The notes beneath the pieces are model-generated. The model was given only the letters and a program-made list of their open reading frames with translations, was not told the DNA's origin and did not search any database. 64,000 nucleotides of DNA from positions 60,698,001-60,762,000 of the forward strand of contig NC_042999.1 in NCBI RefSeq assembly GCF_006345805.1. Direction: 5' to 3'. How positions within the stretch are numbered: the stretch's first letter is position 1; each line of letters starts with the position of its first letter. Made by a program: the position numbers and the translations under genes. Positions 51,815 to 64,000 of this stretch are shown in pieces. Source of the stretch: Octopus sinensis (Eukaryota).

Positions 51815-52306
51815 TATCATGTACATTGTTTTGTCTTGGTATAAAAGATGGGCTACAGCAAATATTCTGCTCAATACCACAGATTTGCTTGTCAGTTGTT
51901 TGACCTTAATCAGTTGAACATGTCCCTTAGTGGCTGACGATATGTGCATCTCTGATTACGAGCAGAAGTAGTGGGGGAGCATCATAGCCATGTGTTAAGA
52001 GGGATTCTTTGGGGTTTTGAATAATTCACCTCTGGAAACATGGGTGGTTCTTTCAACATCCTTAAACAACCCTTATTCAGGGACCTTTGAGCGGGATGGG
52101 CTACTCAACTGAAGAAAATTCTAACTGGGCCCCACCTGCAAGGGTTATGTGCTGTTTATCTGATATGAGATCACCATGTCGCGCACATATGGTTGTGATG
52201 CATGTGCCTGGTGTACCTTTATCAGACGGGTAGTCATGATGGGTATATTGGGCTTCGTATATTTTACCCCAGTGTCACTTTGATGGCATGAACTGCTCTC
52301 TCACTC
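51815..52306 (+). mobile_element. ~490 bp non-coding insert flanked on both sides by (AAT)n; probable non-autonomous TAA-targeted retroelement
   Basis: Complex sequence bounded by (AAT)n on both sides and adjacent to an R4/Dong-like 3' end. Orientation is inferred, not shown. Confidence 0.5.
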
Positions 52307-52346
52307 AATAATAATAATAATAATAATAACAACAGCAATAATAAAA

Positions 52347-52715
52347 TGTTTTCTAATTGATGTATCAATACCAGCAGATGAAAACGTTTCTCTAACAGAA
52401 ATGGAGAAACTTTCAAAATACAAAGACCTGGAAATAGAGGTAACTCGAATGTGGAATCTAAAAACAGAAACAATTTCTATCATAGTAGGCGTATTACCTA
52501 TGATAAAAAAACATTCAGATAAATATATGACAAAAACATAGGACTTACAAATATGTATATAACGTGCAGAAAATAACACTGCACACATGCTAAACGAAAC
52601 ACTTTCAATACAGTAAATATAAGAGCATCACAACAAACCACAGCACATACCCGAGGCACACAGAGCAGTGCTCGGTAGTGAAGTGAAAGCACGCTATAAA
52701 AATAAAGCTACTGAA
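52347..52715 (+). mobile_element. R4/Dong-like LINE 3' end (RLE endonuclease C-terminus + 3' UTR) ending in (AAT)n
   Basis: FLIDVSIPADENVSLTEMEKLSKYKDLEIEVTRMWNLKTETISIIVG; UTR ends ctactgaataataat. Confidence 0.88.
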
Positions 52716-52740
52716 TAATAATAATAATAATAATAATTCT

Positions 52741-53145
52741 CTTTTCCTCTTTTTTTCTTTTTACTTGTTTCAGTCATTTGACCGCGGCCATGCTGGAGCA
52801 CCGCCTTTAGTAGAGCAAATCGACCCCAGGACTTATTCTTTGGAAGCTTAGTACTTATTCTATCGTCTCTTTTGCCAAACTGCTAAGTTACGGGGACGTA
52901 AACAAACCAGCATCGGTTGTCAAGCGATGTTGGGGGGAAAAACACAGACACACAAACACACAATATATAATACATATATACGACGGGCTTCTTTCAGTTT
53001 CCGTCTACCAAATCCACTCACAAGGCTTTGCTGGGCTGAGGCTATAGTAGAAGACACTTGCCCAAGGTGCCACGCAGTGGGACTGAACCCAGCAGCCTGT
53101 GTCTGGTAAGCAAGCTACTTATCACAAAGCCACTCCTGCGCCTAT
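52741..53145 (-). mobile_element. SINE family B, full length
   Basis: Head and tail as in 21801-22172. Confidence 0.88.
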
Positions 53146-53154
53146 AATAATAAT

Positions 53155-53241
<87 letters not shown>

Positions 53242-53878
53242 TAACAACAACAAAAACAACAAGGATATGAAGAAAAAGATCAAGAACAACTTTAAAAAAT
53301 CAAAGTAATATTCATAAAGGTAAGTGAAATATATATCCTAGTACTGGATATTCCCTTGCTGTACAATTTACTATATTATGAAACTGGCGATGTTCTTTGT
53401 TTCATGAAAATGCTGCATAGACTTGCACGAATTCTATCCTTGCTCACACTTCTCCATCATATAATCTTCTACCAAACATATTTATATAAATAGATTTGAA
53501 TACATTTTATTCGTATGTAAGCAATTTCTATTCACTGACCTACAGCACTTTATTTCTTACACGTTAAAATAATAGTTTGCGGCGTTACAAATTATTGAAA
53601 CCATAATCAAATGTTTGCGTTTTCTTTCCTTGTTTTAGTTTGCAAACATCATGAATTATTGGAGGATTTAAAATCTATTTCAGTCTATTTTAAATCTTTA
53701 GAAAAATAGTTTTGCAATTTTCTAGAGTTTGGATTTAAAGAATGTTACAGAAATATTAAGCAGTGGAGCAAATCCAAAATTATACGTCCATTATTTTATA
53801 GCTATTCGTTTCCTTTACACCCATCTTATTTGTGCATATATACATACGTATGTATGTATCTCTCTCTCTCTCTCTCTC

Positions 53879-53920
<42 letters not shown>

Positions 53921-54051
53921 TATAGATATATAGATATATAGAGAGAGAGAGAGAGATAGATAGATAGATAGATAGAGAGAGATAGATAGATAGATAGATA
54001 GATAGACAGATAGAGATAGAGATAGATATAGATATAGATATATATATATAA

Positions 54052-54262
54052 AGTTACTCCAAACATGAAAACACAAAAGAAAGAACACAACAACGCAAGG
54101 ACGTGGAACAACTATAGTATTATTGGACGTTCAGGAAGGAAGGGAAGAAGGAGTGTTTAACGTTTCGAGCAGAGCTCTTCGTCAGAAGCGCAGGAAAAGA
54201 AAAGATCCAGAGAAGGGAAGACGGAGGGAAAAAAATCGCCAACGGTACACACGCGGTCACAT
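54052..54262 (-). mobile_element. ~210 bp hammerhead-carrying non-coding repeat (HHR at 54154-54190)
   Basis: Minus: cgctt CUGACGA A GAGC UCU GCUC GAAA CG UU aaaca; homologous to 28698-28897. Confidence 0.78.
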
Positions 54263-54361
54263 ATACATAGACAGGTGTGTTTTCATGCACACATACATGT
54301 ATAAATAAAGAGAGCGCGGGTGTCGGACGGAAAAAGAGAGAAGACAGAAATAAATAAATAA

Positions 54362-54447
<86 letters not shown>

Positions 54448-55578
54448 GTGTGATAAAAGATATGTGTGTGTATGCGTATATATATGTAAGTATTTATGTA
54501 TGCATTCTGTATTCTTTCACTAGTTTCAGTCATTATAATGCAGCCTTTGTAAACTAGGCCTTTAGAATTTTATTGCATATTAATAGCTGAGTCTGGTTCT
54601 TAAATATTCAATCTGCTTTTATCAAGGATCTCCATAAAGGGATAGGAAGTTCCAATACTTAAACAATATCATTATATCCATAACCCAACCCTGAGCTCAT
54701 ATTCATAAATATTTTCCTCCAATATTTTTGAACACATATGATGCACAGGCTTCTATTTCCAGTCTCCTCCTCATGGTAGGCTTCTTCATTGGAATTATCT
54801 CTTTCTCCACCGCCTCCATTTACATCGCTTTTATTCATAATTCTCATTATCGCACCTCGTCTATTCTGCTATCTGTCATCCAATTATGTATATCGCAGAC
54901 AAGTTTGCCATCGCATTTATAGATGTGTTCCAACATTGTTCATCCTGGCCTCTTTATAAAGTTTTCATTTTGTCTAACATCAACTATCTCACTGTCACAT
55001 GGTTCTACTAAATAATTTCTATATTTTACTTAAAGGTCTCTCTTCAAAAGCTGAAAATTTGTGCGAAATGTAGAACTACTCAACCTAGTTCGATGTATAT
55101 AAATTCAAGTTTCATTTTAGGAAGTATATATAATTGTTCTCCGTGTCAAGAGAGATTGGAATATTTTGCCTACTGTGAAGCAGGCCAGGCATAGTGTCTC
55201 CTATAACTTAATAACTTTTGAATTATTAATTACATGATGGTGAAATTCTTCCAATGAAGTGTTTATGGAATGTAATAGGCGGATACTAATACGCCAGGTG
55301 ATTTAAATTATGTTGCCACTTGGTGATGAATACAAGAACAATAGAAGAAATGCATCCAACAGCGTTTAGTTTAACGAAAGAGTAGAGTAGGACAGTGAAG
55401 AAGAATATAAATTAGTTAAAAATCTAATCAACCACCTACAGCAAAGAAGGTGAAATACTAAAGCTCACTGATATCCTAAATGATTTGGAGAATAATTTAC
55501 AGCTAATGGGTTGCTCTATTTATTGTGGAAAGAATTATGAAAAGATTAACATATAAACGTTTCATGTATCTTTTGAAA

Positions 55579-55773
55579 TTCTTTTACTTGTTTCAGTTGT
55601 TTGATTGCGGCCATGCTGGGGAACCGCCTTGAAGGACTTAGCTTTTATAGCCTAGTACTTATTCTACAGGTCTCTTTGACCGAACCTCTAGGTCATGGGG
55701 ACGTAAATACACTGACACCTGTTGTCAAGTGGTTATGGGGGGGACAAATACAAACATGGAAACACACACACAT

Positions 55774-55830
<57 letters not shown>

Positions 55831-56023
55831 GTGTGTGTGTGTGTGTGTGTATTATGTGTATACGACTGGTTTCTTTCAGTTTCCGTCTACCAAATCTACT
55901 CATAAAGCTTTAGACAGCCTGAGGCTATAGTACAAGACAGCTGTCCAAGCTGCCTCACAGTAGGACTGAACCCGGAACCATGTGGTTGGGAAGTAAACCT
56001 CCTATCGCTCAGTCTCGCCTGCA
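55579..56023 (-). mobile_element. SINE family B
   Basis: cttttacttgtttcagttgtttgattgcggccatgctgg ... ggactgaacccggaaccatgtggttggg. Confidence 0.82.
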
Positions 56024-56119
56024 CTTACACATACATTGAAATATGAATTATAAGCAGCTCGAGATATTTAAGTATTCAGTTTTCGTTGTTTATATATATA
56101 TATATGCATATATACATAT

Positions 56120-56176
56120 GAGCTGATGAAGGAAATGTTGGTGTTTATTCCACTAATCCAGAAACAGGCTATCCTC
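56120..56176 (+). ncRNA. Degenerate hammerhead-like motif
   Basis: gag CUGAUGA aGGA..UCCa GAAA CAG gcua u ccuc; stem III is broken. Confidence 0.4.
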
Positions 56177-56558
56177 GGGTATCTTATATGGATGTGATCT
56201 TTCGTTGTTTTTCCCTTATACCTATGTGAGTTATTTCTGAGTCTGCATTGTCTGGGAGACTTTTTCTTGCAGTAGAAGAAATAGCCAAATTTTGGCTGCT
56301 ATTTCTAAAATGCTCGGTGTGTGGTAAAGTAAATTATTTTACTTTACCCTATTTTTATAAAATAATATTTTATATATATATAATATATATATATATAATT
56401 ATATATATATATTATATATATATATATATGTATATGTATGTATGTATGCATGTATGTATGTATGGATGTATGTATGTATGTATGTATGTATGATGTATGT
56501 ATGTATGTATGTATGTATGTATGTATGTAGTATGTTTATAATATATATATATATATAT

Positions 56559-56598
<40 letters not shown>

Positions 56599-56607
56599 TA
56601 TAATATA

Positions 56608-56658
<51 letters not shown>

Positions 56659-56675
56659 GTATATACATATGTATA

Positions 56676-56709
<34 letters not shown>

Positions 56710-56719
56710 GTGGGTGGTG

Positions 56720-56876
56720 GGTGTATGTGTGGTAAGTAGCTTGCTTACCAACCACATGGTTCTGGGTTCATTCCCACTGCGTGGCACCTTGGGAAAGTGT
56801 CTTCGGCTATAGCCACGGGCCGACCAAAGCCTTGTGAGTGGATTTGGTAGACAGAAACTGAAAGAAAACTGTCGTA
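56720..56876 (+). mobile_element. SINE family B 5' half
   Basis: gtgtggtaagtagcttgcttaccaaccacatggttctgggttcattcccactgcgtggcaccttggg. Confidence 0.82.
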
Positions 56877-57042
56877 TATATGTATATATATATATATTTC
56901 CCAACCAATTTCAAGTCATCCATAACCTGATGTTTCAATGATGGGCCTTTCTTCTCACATCAGTAACCCATCTTAACTTTCCTAAGGGTGCAAGATGGAG
57001 AACGATGAAGTTAGTGAAAGAGAGGCAAAATAGGTCGAGTAA

Positions 57043-57046
<4 letters not shown>

Positions 57047-57110
<64 letters not shown>

Positions 57111-57125
57111 GAGACAGACAGACAG
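57047..57125 (+). repeat. (GA)n polypurine tract
   Basis: Directly visible. Confidence 0.95.
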
Positions 57126-57238
57126 AGACAGACAGACAGACTAATATGGGGTGCAGGTGTATAGCGTGGAATTGGTAGTGAAGAAGACAGATCGAGAATA
57201 AAATAATGTGTATGTGTGTGTGAGAGGCAGAAAGGGAG

Positions 57239-57280
<42 letters not shown>

Positions 57281-57999
57281 AGGTAGATTCCAAAGTTGAC
57301 CGAAAGAAAGATAATATGAATCACATTGAGAGGAAACAATTCAATTACGATGAGACACGACTGTGTACATTAGAAATTAAAATTCGAAATATTGTCGAAG
57401 AACATATGCAAGCCGGCATCCCTCTCACAAATCTATCCCTCCATATCTCAATTTAATAATGACAGTAATACCTTCCTTTCCTGTGCCCGTTCTCGACCCA
57501 CCCCCGAATCGTCTAATATGCCAATCTCTGCACAAACTTTGGTACAAAACTATGAATCTTTTCCTCTAGACTTACTTATACTATTTAATCGCCTTGCCTA
57601 AAGTCAAATCTCTTTCTCTCTCAACTGTTCTTCTCCAGAGAGAAGGACCTTTTAGGACCTGTAGCCTTGCATCTTTCAATGTCGTCTCTCTCTCTCTCTC
57701 TCTCTCTCTCTTTCGTTCTCTCGTACACTTTCTCTCTTCGTTTTCTCTCTCTCTCCTTCTTTCTTCCTTTCTTTCTTTCTCTCTCCCCCTTCCCTCCCTC
57801 CCCATCTCTCTGGTACCTCGGCCACGAATATGTACCCAGTACACTTAGCAAACCAGTTGGCATTACTAAGGAAATAGTATATAGCCATCTGCCCCGTTCC
57901 CTGCATTCTCAAGCGCATTTATCCATATAGACAGGACTCAGGTCCGATGCAGGTTTTCTCGCTTTTGTCAACCGAGTGAAGTGTTCTGTTCAAGAAAAC

Positions 58000-58082
58000 C
58001 AACGCATCGCTCGCCCCAGGAATCAAAACCGCAATCTTACGATTATGAGTTTAACACCTTAACCATTAAGTCACATGCCTCT
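58000..58082 (-). mobile_element. Degenerate tRNA-like SINE head
   Basis: ccccaggaatcaaaaccgcaatcttacgattatgagtttaacaccttaaccattaagtcacatgcct. Confidence 0.5.
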
Positions 58083-59975
58083 GAAACAGTATACATATAC
58101 ACCGCTTTTTACCCTTGCGGACAGTGTATGCACACACTTATGAAAATGGATGTGTTGTCTATTACTTACACAATATGCCTGTTGAAAGTAAGCAGCAGTA
58201 AATAGAACAGGAAAAAAATAACTGAGTCACTAGACGATCATTGTTTTCCATATTTCTGGAAAAATATATTTGCATATATTCATTGGGTGACCTTAAAGTG
58301 TAATAAAGCGTATGCCACAGAATATTACTTCTACAATAGATGCGAAATGAAGAGTACGCAATCAAAATATGGATTTAGCAATTCATATTTCTGAAATTCC
58401 CACGACACGACACGAAAAAACTTTGATGTGTCAGAAAAAGTATCTAAATTTATTCAACAGTACATAAGTAAGAAACAAAATTCAATGCAATAGCACGAGC
58501 TTGGATAGAAAAGACTATAAAATGTTTTAAAATCGTTTTTGCATTTGATGTTAAAACAAGAAATTTGTAGTAACTCATGACAGTTTTAACAGTGTATTTA
58601 TCATTGTAAATTCTTGGTGAAAATGTCATAAAGAAATAGAAATGAAAGTAACACATAAAGAAGCATACATAAATCAATGCTGAAACACGTTCAACAACAG
58701 AATCCTGTATTAAAATATGAAGCAAGAAGACTAGCTACAAAATAATAAAAATAAGCACCATATACGCAAAATCGATTATTGCCCGAAATGTAGTTAACCC
58801 AAGAGTATATATGGATTTATGGAATATAAATTATCAGATATCGAGTGATTCAAAGAAAGTGAAAACAAAGATATGTGCAGATCCATTCTAGTTTACAACA
58901 TGGATAACTATTTCTAAAAGCTCTCAGAAGGTATGTAATTCAGCAAATACTTAGTACATATGGTATAGGATCAACTGAAAAGACCATGCAAGCCAGAAGA
59001 ATATTTCTCGGAGAGGATTATCAGGAAGGATAAAGTGGATAAAGTGTAGCAGGTGACATTGTCTCCTCCAAATTAATATCGATGTCAATGAGTTCCAATC
59101 CATCGATATCACAGTTTATTGATAGCTCCATGTTTTAAACGTCGATGGCACCTTTATGGGTTCGTATGACGCAGGGGTACTTCAAAGGTGACATAACAGA
59201 AAATGAAGCGGAATATCTCAAGTTAAATATCGTAAATTTAGCATTAGCAATGTAATGAAAGAAAGACCCGAAAATACCAATGAACATCACTGTATATAGA
59301 AAGAGAAATGTCAGTCTCCAACCAAAGTGTTAGTTCCAAGTGAAATTTAGATACGACATTATGTTAGTTATTAATCTATGGCTACCAGAGTTGTGTCCGA
59401 AACTAGGAGATAGCCATACCCATGCTGCCTTCAGTCATGACTTTCTCTATCCCACTATCAGCACCCATATTGTGTCCATCAACCCTTCCCTACAATGAAT
59501 CTTTGAACATTACTACCCTGACAGTGTGTCGGGTCTCTACAATTTCATTTATGCAAATTTATACTGAAGCCCTGCAAGCATACAGTTGATGAAGAAAACG
59601 CTAGTGACGTCGATCACACCGGTTCCGGAGGGAGCGGGGGTGCTCTGTAACTGCCGGTGTTTTAGCCCCTTCCTTCAGACAAACAAATTAACGTAAAGGA
59701 ATAGGTACTTTAGCAAATCAGGACCCACTGATTACAAATAAAAGATGTTATAAGTAATCTATTACATTATAAACAATTAAGTAATTGAAGGTAAAAGAAA
59801 CGTTCCTCCTAAAATACATCGAAAAAGAAAAAAAATATTTGTTCCTAAATTTAGTATGACATCTCTTTGAAAACATATGTATTTGCCCGCGCATCAAGGA
59901 ATCAAGAAATTGAAATGCCAAAAATTCAAGAAATCTACGCCAAACACTTCATCTTTATGTGCATATGTCTGTCTG

Positions 59976-60017
<42 letters not shown>

Positions 60018-61854
60018 CAGGAGCATTCAGTACATAGCCAGATCACCGGTGATTTCGCATTTGATTAATGCTCGTCAGTGGTTCTTACCCGGCTGCCTAG
60101 GGTTAAGCTGATTCACCTTGTTAGTTTATAAGAGTTACTGTAGAAATCGTAAATGGTAAAAGTGAAACTTATAAATATTAAATGTGGCTTATTCCCAATT
60201 TACAACTGAAAAGCAGAAATATAGACGACATTGAAGTGAATAAAGATACTAGTTAACATTCAGCAATGTTAGAAATAAGAGTCAAAACAACTCAACCTAT
60301 CACTTAGGCATAGCAATAATAGCCATTTGGAGTTAGAACGCAATATACATATACTTTAGAACAAAGCGGTAGTCGAGTTGTGGGCAGTAAAAATATCATA
60401 CAGTTCCTGAAGCCGTTGCTAGTTTGGTAAAAATAGGCTTTGCTAGCACAGTTCTTGATTTCAGTTTGCGACGCTACTAAATATCGATTCAGGGGAACTT
60501 ATTCTAATATGCTATGCCCTTCGATAGGCATATTAGATTACGGAAACACACATAAATATACTCTCATGCACTCTTGTACACACATACGTACGTGCCACTG
60601 TGTATGTATATCTACGTATCCGTATAAAATATCTGAAAAGTTTTTCAAAATTATTTTATTTGACATATTAGGATATTATTTCTGAGAAATCTGTAAAACA
60701 AAAATAGCGAAACCAAAGAATTCGATGTAATGCAGCACTACTCAGACAAATAAATAAAACTCTAAGCTTGTTGACAATATATTGAATGTAGTGTAAAATT
60801 TTACGTAAAATAACATATCTTGAAGAGCATTACTGACATTTTGGTTTCATATTTTTTTTTAAGAAAAGGAGATAGTTTTAAATAATATAATATACCAATT
60901 ATATTAATGTCAAATTTGTATATTTCCTTTATCTTGTTCAGATTGCTGATAGTTATAAATAATGTAATATTCCAATTATACTAATGTCAAATTTCATTAC
61001 GGCGATATACGTTCACTGAAATATTTTAAAGTCAAGTAAAACTTTTACCTCAACGAAAGTTTCATATTTTTCTTTTTACATTTTCTTCTTTTTAGTTTTG
61101 TTTCTTGTAAAGAAAATATAAAACATATCTTTCCAGAACATTAAATTACGCAAGCTTGTTATATCATTATAATTACCTAAACGCACTCTATGTCATATTG
61201 AAAAAAGAAGACGGTTATATGTTTTGTTTTCTGTTTTTTAATTTCTTTTTATCTCAGTCACATCTCTCTCTCTCTTCTGTTATTTAACTAGAAGCAAAGT
61301 CTTAATGGAATGTTACTTGGTAAATTCTTTTCTCATACAGATGGCATTTAGTGCATATCCATCACTATGGTGCTTATATTAAGATATCTTTTAGAATCGA
61401 ATATAATTTAAGTATTCTTCTGAAGAATAATCTTGATACTTTTGTATTAAAATTTGTTAACATAAAACATATTTATTTTATAAATCAAGTCTCAAGTATT
61501 TAAAAAAATATTATGCATATACCAAACTCCCAATTTTGTATGATTCGCAGGATTAATCTTATTTGAGCTAAGAATTGTCTATAATTGCTTTAAACTACTT
61601 GAAGTTAACGATTCTGCTTATGTTTATTATACTTATTTGTTGTATACATAACATGAAGAAGGACAAAATAAGGTTTTACTGCAATCTTTAATTTAAAATG
61701 CTTAACCTGATGCTAATAGATATTTGTTTACTGTCTACACACACACACACACACACGCACACACACGCACACACTCACACCTACACATACACACATGTAC
61801 ACACGTACACACAGATAAATAGATAGATAGGTAGGTAGATAGATAGATAGATAA

Positions 61855-61910
<56 letters not shown>

Positions 61911-62079
61911 GCAGACAGACAGACAGACAGATAGATATATAGATACATACATACATACATACATACATACATACATACATACATACATACATACATACAT
62001 ACATACATGTTAAGGGTAGTGGAGATGGTAGCAAAGCAACATAATGTTTTAGACTCTGTATCTCAATATTAACAGTGAC

Positions 62080-63090
62080 TTCTGCGTTTAGAAATCCTCT
62101 GCCACTTCCCTTTCTCGATTGATAGAGTGAGTTGGTATTGCTGTTTTGGGTGGTGTGTGTTCTGCATTAAGTTCTGCAGCTCGACATTTGTCCATTTCTG
62201 AAAGGGAGCAGAGCACTTCAATACAGCATGGATTTAATGGTGTTCCCACTATTTAATTATGTTTTGATGACCTTTCTAAATCTCGTCTATTATTCTTTAG
62301 TGACTTTTCATTCCTCCTTCCATTAGCCTATCGCCTTGCAGCACTCCTGAATATATCTGCCTTTCGTTATTCCACAGCGATTTAATGATGTTGCCTTGGC
62401 TTTTCTTCATAATTAGTACTGCTCGAATGTTTACCCAAAAATACATTACTATATCTATACTGAATTTTTTCGCTGTTTGGCTCAAAGTGTCTAGATTTGT
62501 CTCATTTTTTTTCATATATACAGCTCGAGGTCATTTGTATAAAATAGGATATTATTTTTTCGTGTATGATTTAGTAAACTCCGGTCCTGTCTAGAATTTA
62601 GCAAATGCCGGTCCTCTATTTTTTCTCAGTATACTTGTCAGAGCTATTGGTGCAATGCCTTGGAGTCATAGAAATGGTGTGTCTCCCTGGAATGTCCTCT
62701 TGCATATTTTGACGTTGCCTAGCGATTCGTTGGCACATGTCAATTCGACATCCTACAATCTCATTGCTTTCTCCAAAAAGTTGTTTATCACTTACTGACT
62801 GCAGTCGTCCTCAGATACTCCAAAAACCAGCAGTGTGAGAACTGGTAGAAAACCTGCAGTTCCCTACTGATTTCTTCCTACATTTTTTTTTTGCCTCTGT
62901 CAGTAGATTCTCCTTTTACAGAAGATTATATACTTCCTCTCCTGTGAGGCCAGTTAATAATTTCCAGAGTAACAGTAAGCAGTGTAATAAGTATATAATT
63001 GCCGGCCTCCCTTCTCTTTCTTTGCCCTTCTGTATCAGTACTGTCCTTCCTATTTGTCATCCATGTTGACGTGCCACTTTTGCCACGCAG
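62080..63090 (-). mobile_element. Decayed R4/Dong-like LINE reverse transcriptase fragment
   Basis: Minus: WMTN.RTVLIQKG; VKICKRTFQGD..IAPIALTSILRK; KNETNLDTLSQTAKKFSIDIVMYF; LNSGNTIKS; a GGRGL-like motif. Many stops and frameshifts. Confidence 0.78.
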
Positions 63091-63373
63091 TCAGTAAAAA
63101 CATGGTCTTATATAACTATGTCTACTTGGGAGAATCTTCAGTTAGAAAAAAACTGGACACACTCAGGTGCAGGGTTTGGTATTTTCTTAAAATCTTTTAA
63201 ATTTAATATTATTATTACTATTATTATCATTATTATCATTCTTATTTTTCTTCTTCTTCTTTTCTTCTTCTTCTTCTTCTTCTTCTTCTTCTTCTTCTTC
63301 TTCTTCTTCTTCTTCTTCTTCTTCTTCTCTTCTTCTTCTTCTTCTTCCTTCTTCCTTCTTATTATTATTATTA

Positions 63374-63410
<37 letters not shown>

Positions 63411-63415
<5 letters not shown>

Positions 63416-63532
63416 TAGTTTTATTTTTATAACGTGCTTTCATTTCCCTACCGAGCGCAGCTCTGTGTGCCTTGGGTATGTGCTGTGATTTGTTGTGATG
63501 CTCTGATGGTTACTGTATTGAAAGTGTTCTGC
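63411..63532 (-). mobile_element. R4/Dong-like 3' UTR fragment embedded in (TAA)n
   Basis: Reverse complement matches 52595-52715. Confidence 0.85.
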
Positions 63533-63606
<74 letters not shown>

Positions 63607-63649
63607 TATTTTTTAGCCGAACAAATGGTTGGTGGTATTTCTTTCTGCT

Positions 63650-63765
63650 CTTTACGTTTTGCGCTCCAATATTACCGACGTTGACTTTGCCTTTCACCTT
63701 TTCCGGGTCTTTAAAATAAATACCAGTTGAGTACTGATGTCGCTCAAACTAATTCCCTCCCCATA
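63650..63765 (+). mobile_element. SINE family A fragment
   Basis: gttgactttgcctttcaccttttccgggtctttaaaataaataccagttgagtactg. Confidence 0.6.
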
Positions 63766-64000
63766 GATGTGAGGCTTTGAACCTATAGAATTAAGGATTG
63801 TTATCATTATTATTACTATGCGCTCGTCCATTGTTTTGCTGTTTTTGCACTAAGAAACGCAGGATGATCTTGACTCATCCTCGTTAGCTGCAACCGTTGT
63901 CATAAAACCTCGGCCTATATTCCATTGTCCACGCTGTTTGTAACTACATTATAGTTCACTTATTTTGTGATCGAACAATAAGATATACACATAAAAGATA

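Noticed and set aside
54640-55400. Highly decayed LINE RT-like sequence (similar hints at 31000-31450, 51420-51680, 57430-57690 and 59400-59540)
   Set aside because: Only faint motif echoes were seen; cannot be supported without a profile search.

Overview
A very AT-rich, microsatellite-saturated eukaryotic window. The SINE, LINE and Penelope repertoire looks most like an Octopus (coleoid cephalopod) genome; this is inferred from repeat style, not from a database match. No intact host protein-coding gene was recognised, and nearly all listed ORFs are (TA)n/(TATG)n/(TCTA)n artefacts. Recognisable coding sequence is all decayed retroelement: two Penelope-like elements (RT and/or GIY-YIG), RTE LINE fragments with C-terminal C2H2 fingers, R4/Dong-like RLE LINE fragments (the 3'-end pieces sit in (TAA)n) and a CR1/L2-like 3' end. 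There are also many tRNA-derived SINEs, two Helentron/Lep1-like non-autonomous elements and a 1.47 kb tandem duplication. Two signals stand out. (1) About eleven type I minimal hammerhead-ribozyme (HHR) motifs occur in small non-coding elements. They include a tandem pair with intact cores 469 nt apart (18146-18215 and 18615-18684, minus strand) plus an inverted cleavage-site copy, a retrozyme/Penelope-pLTR-like unit predicted to release a ~469 nt RNA that could circularise. (2) A set of long near-perfect fold-back hairpins, several centred on or flanked by (TA)n.
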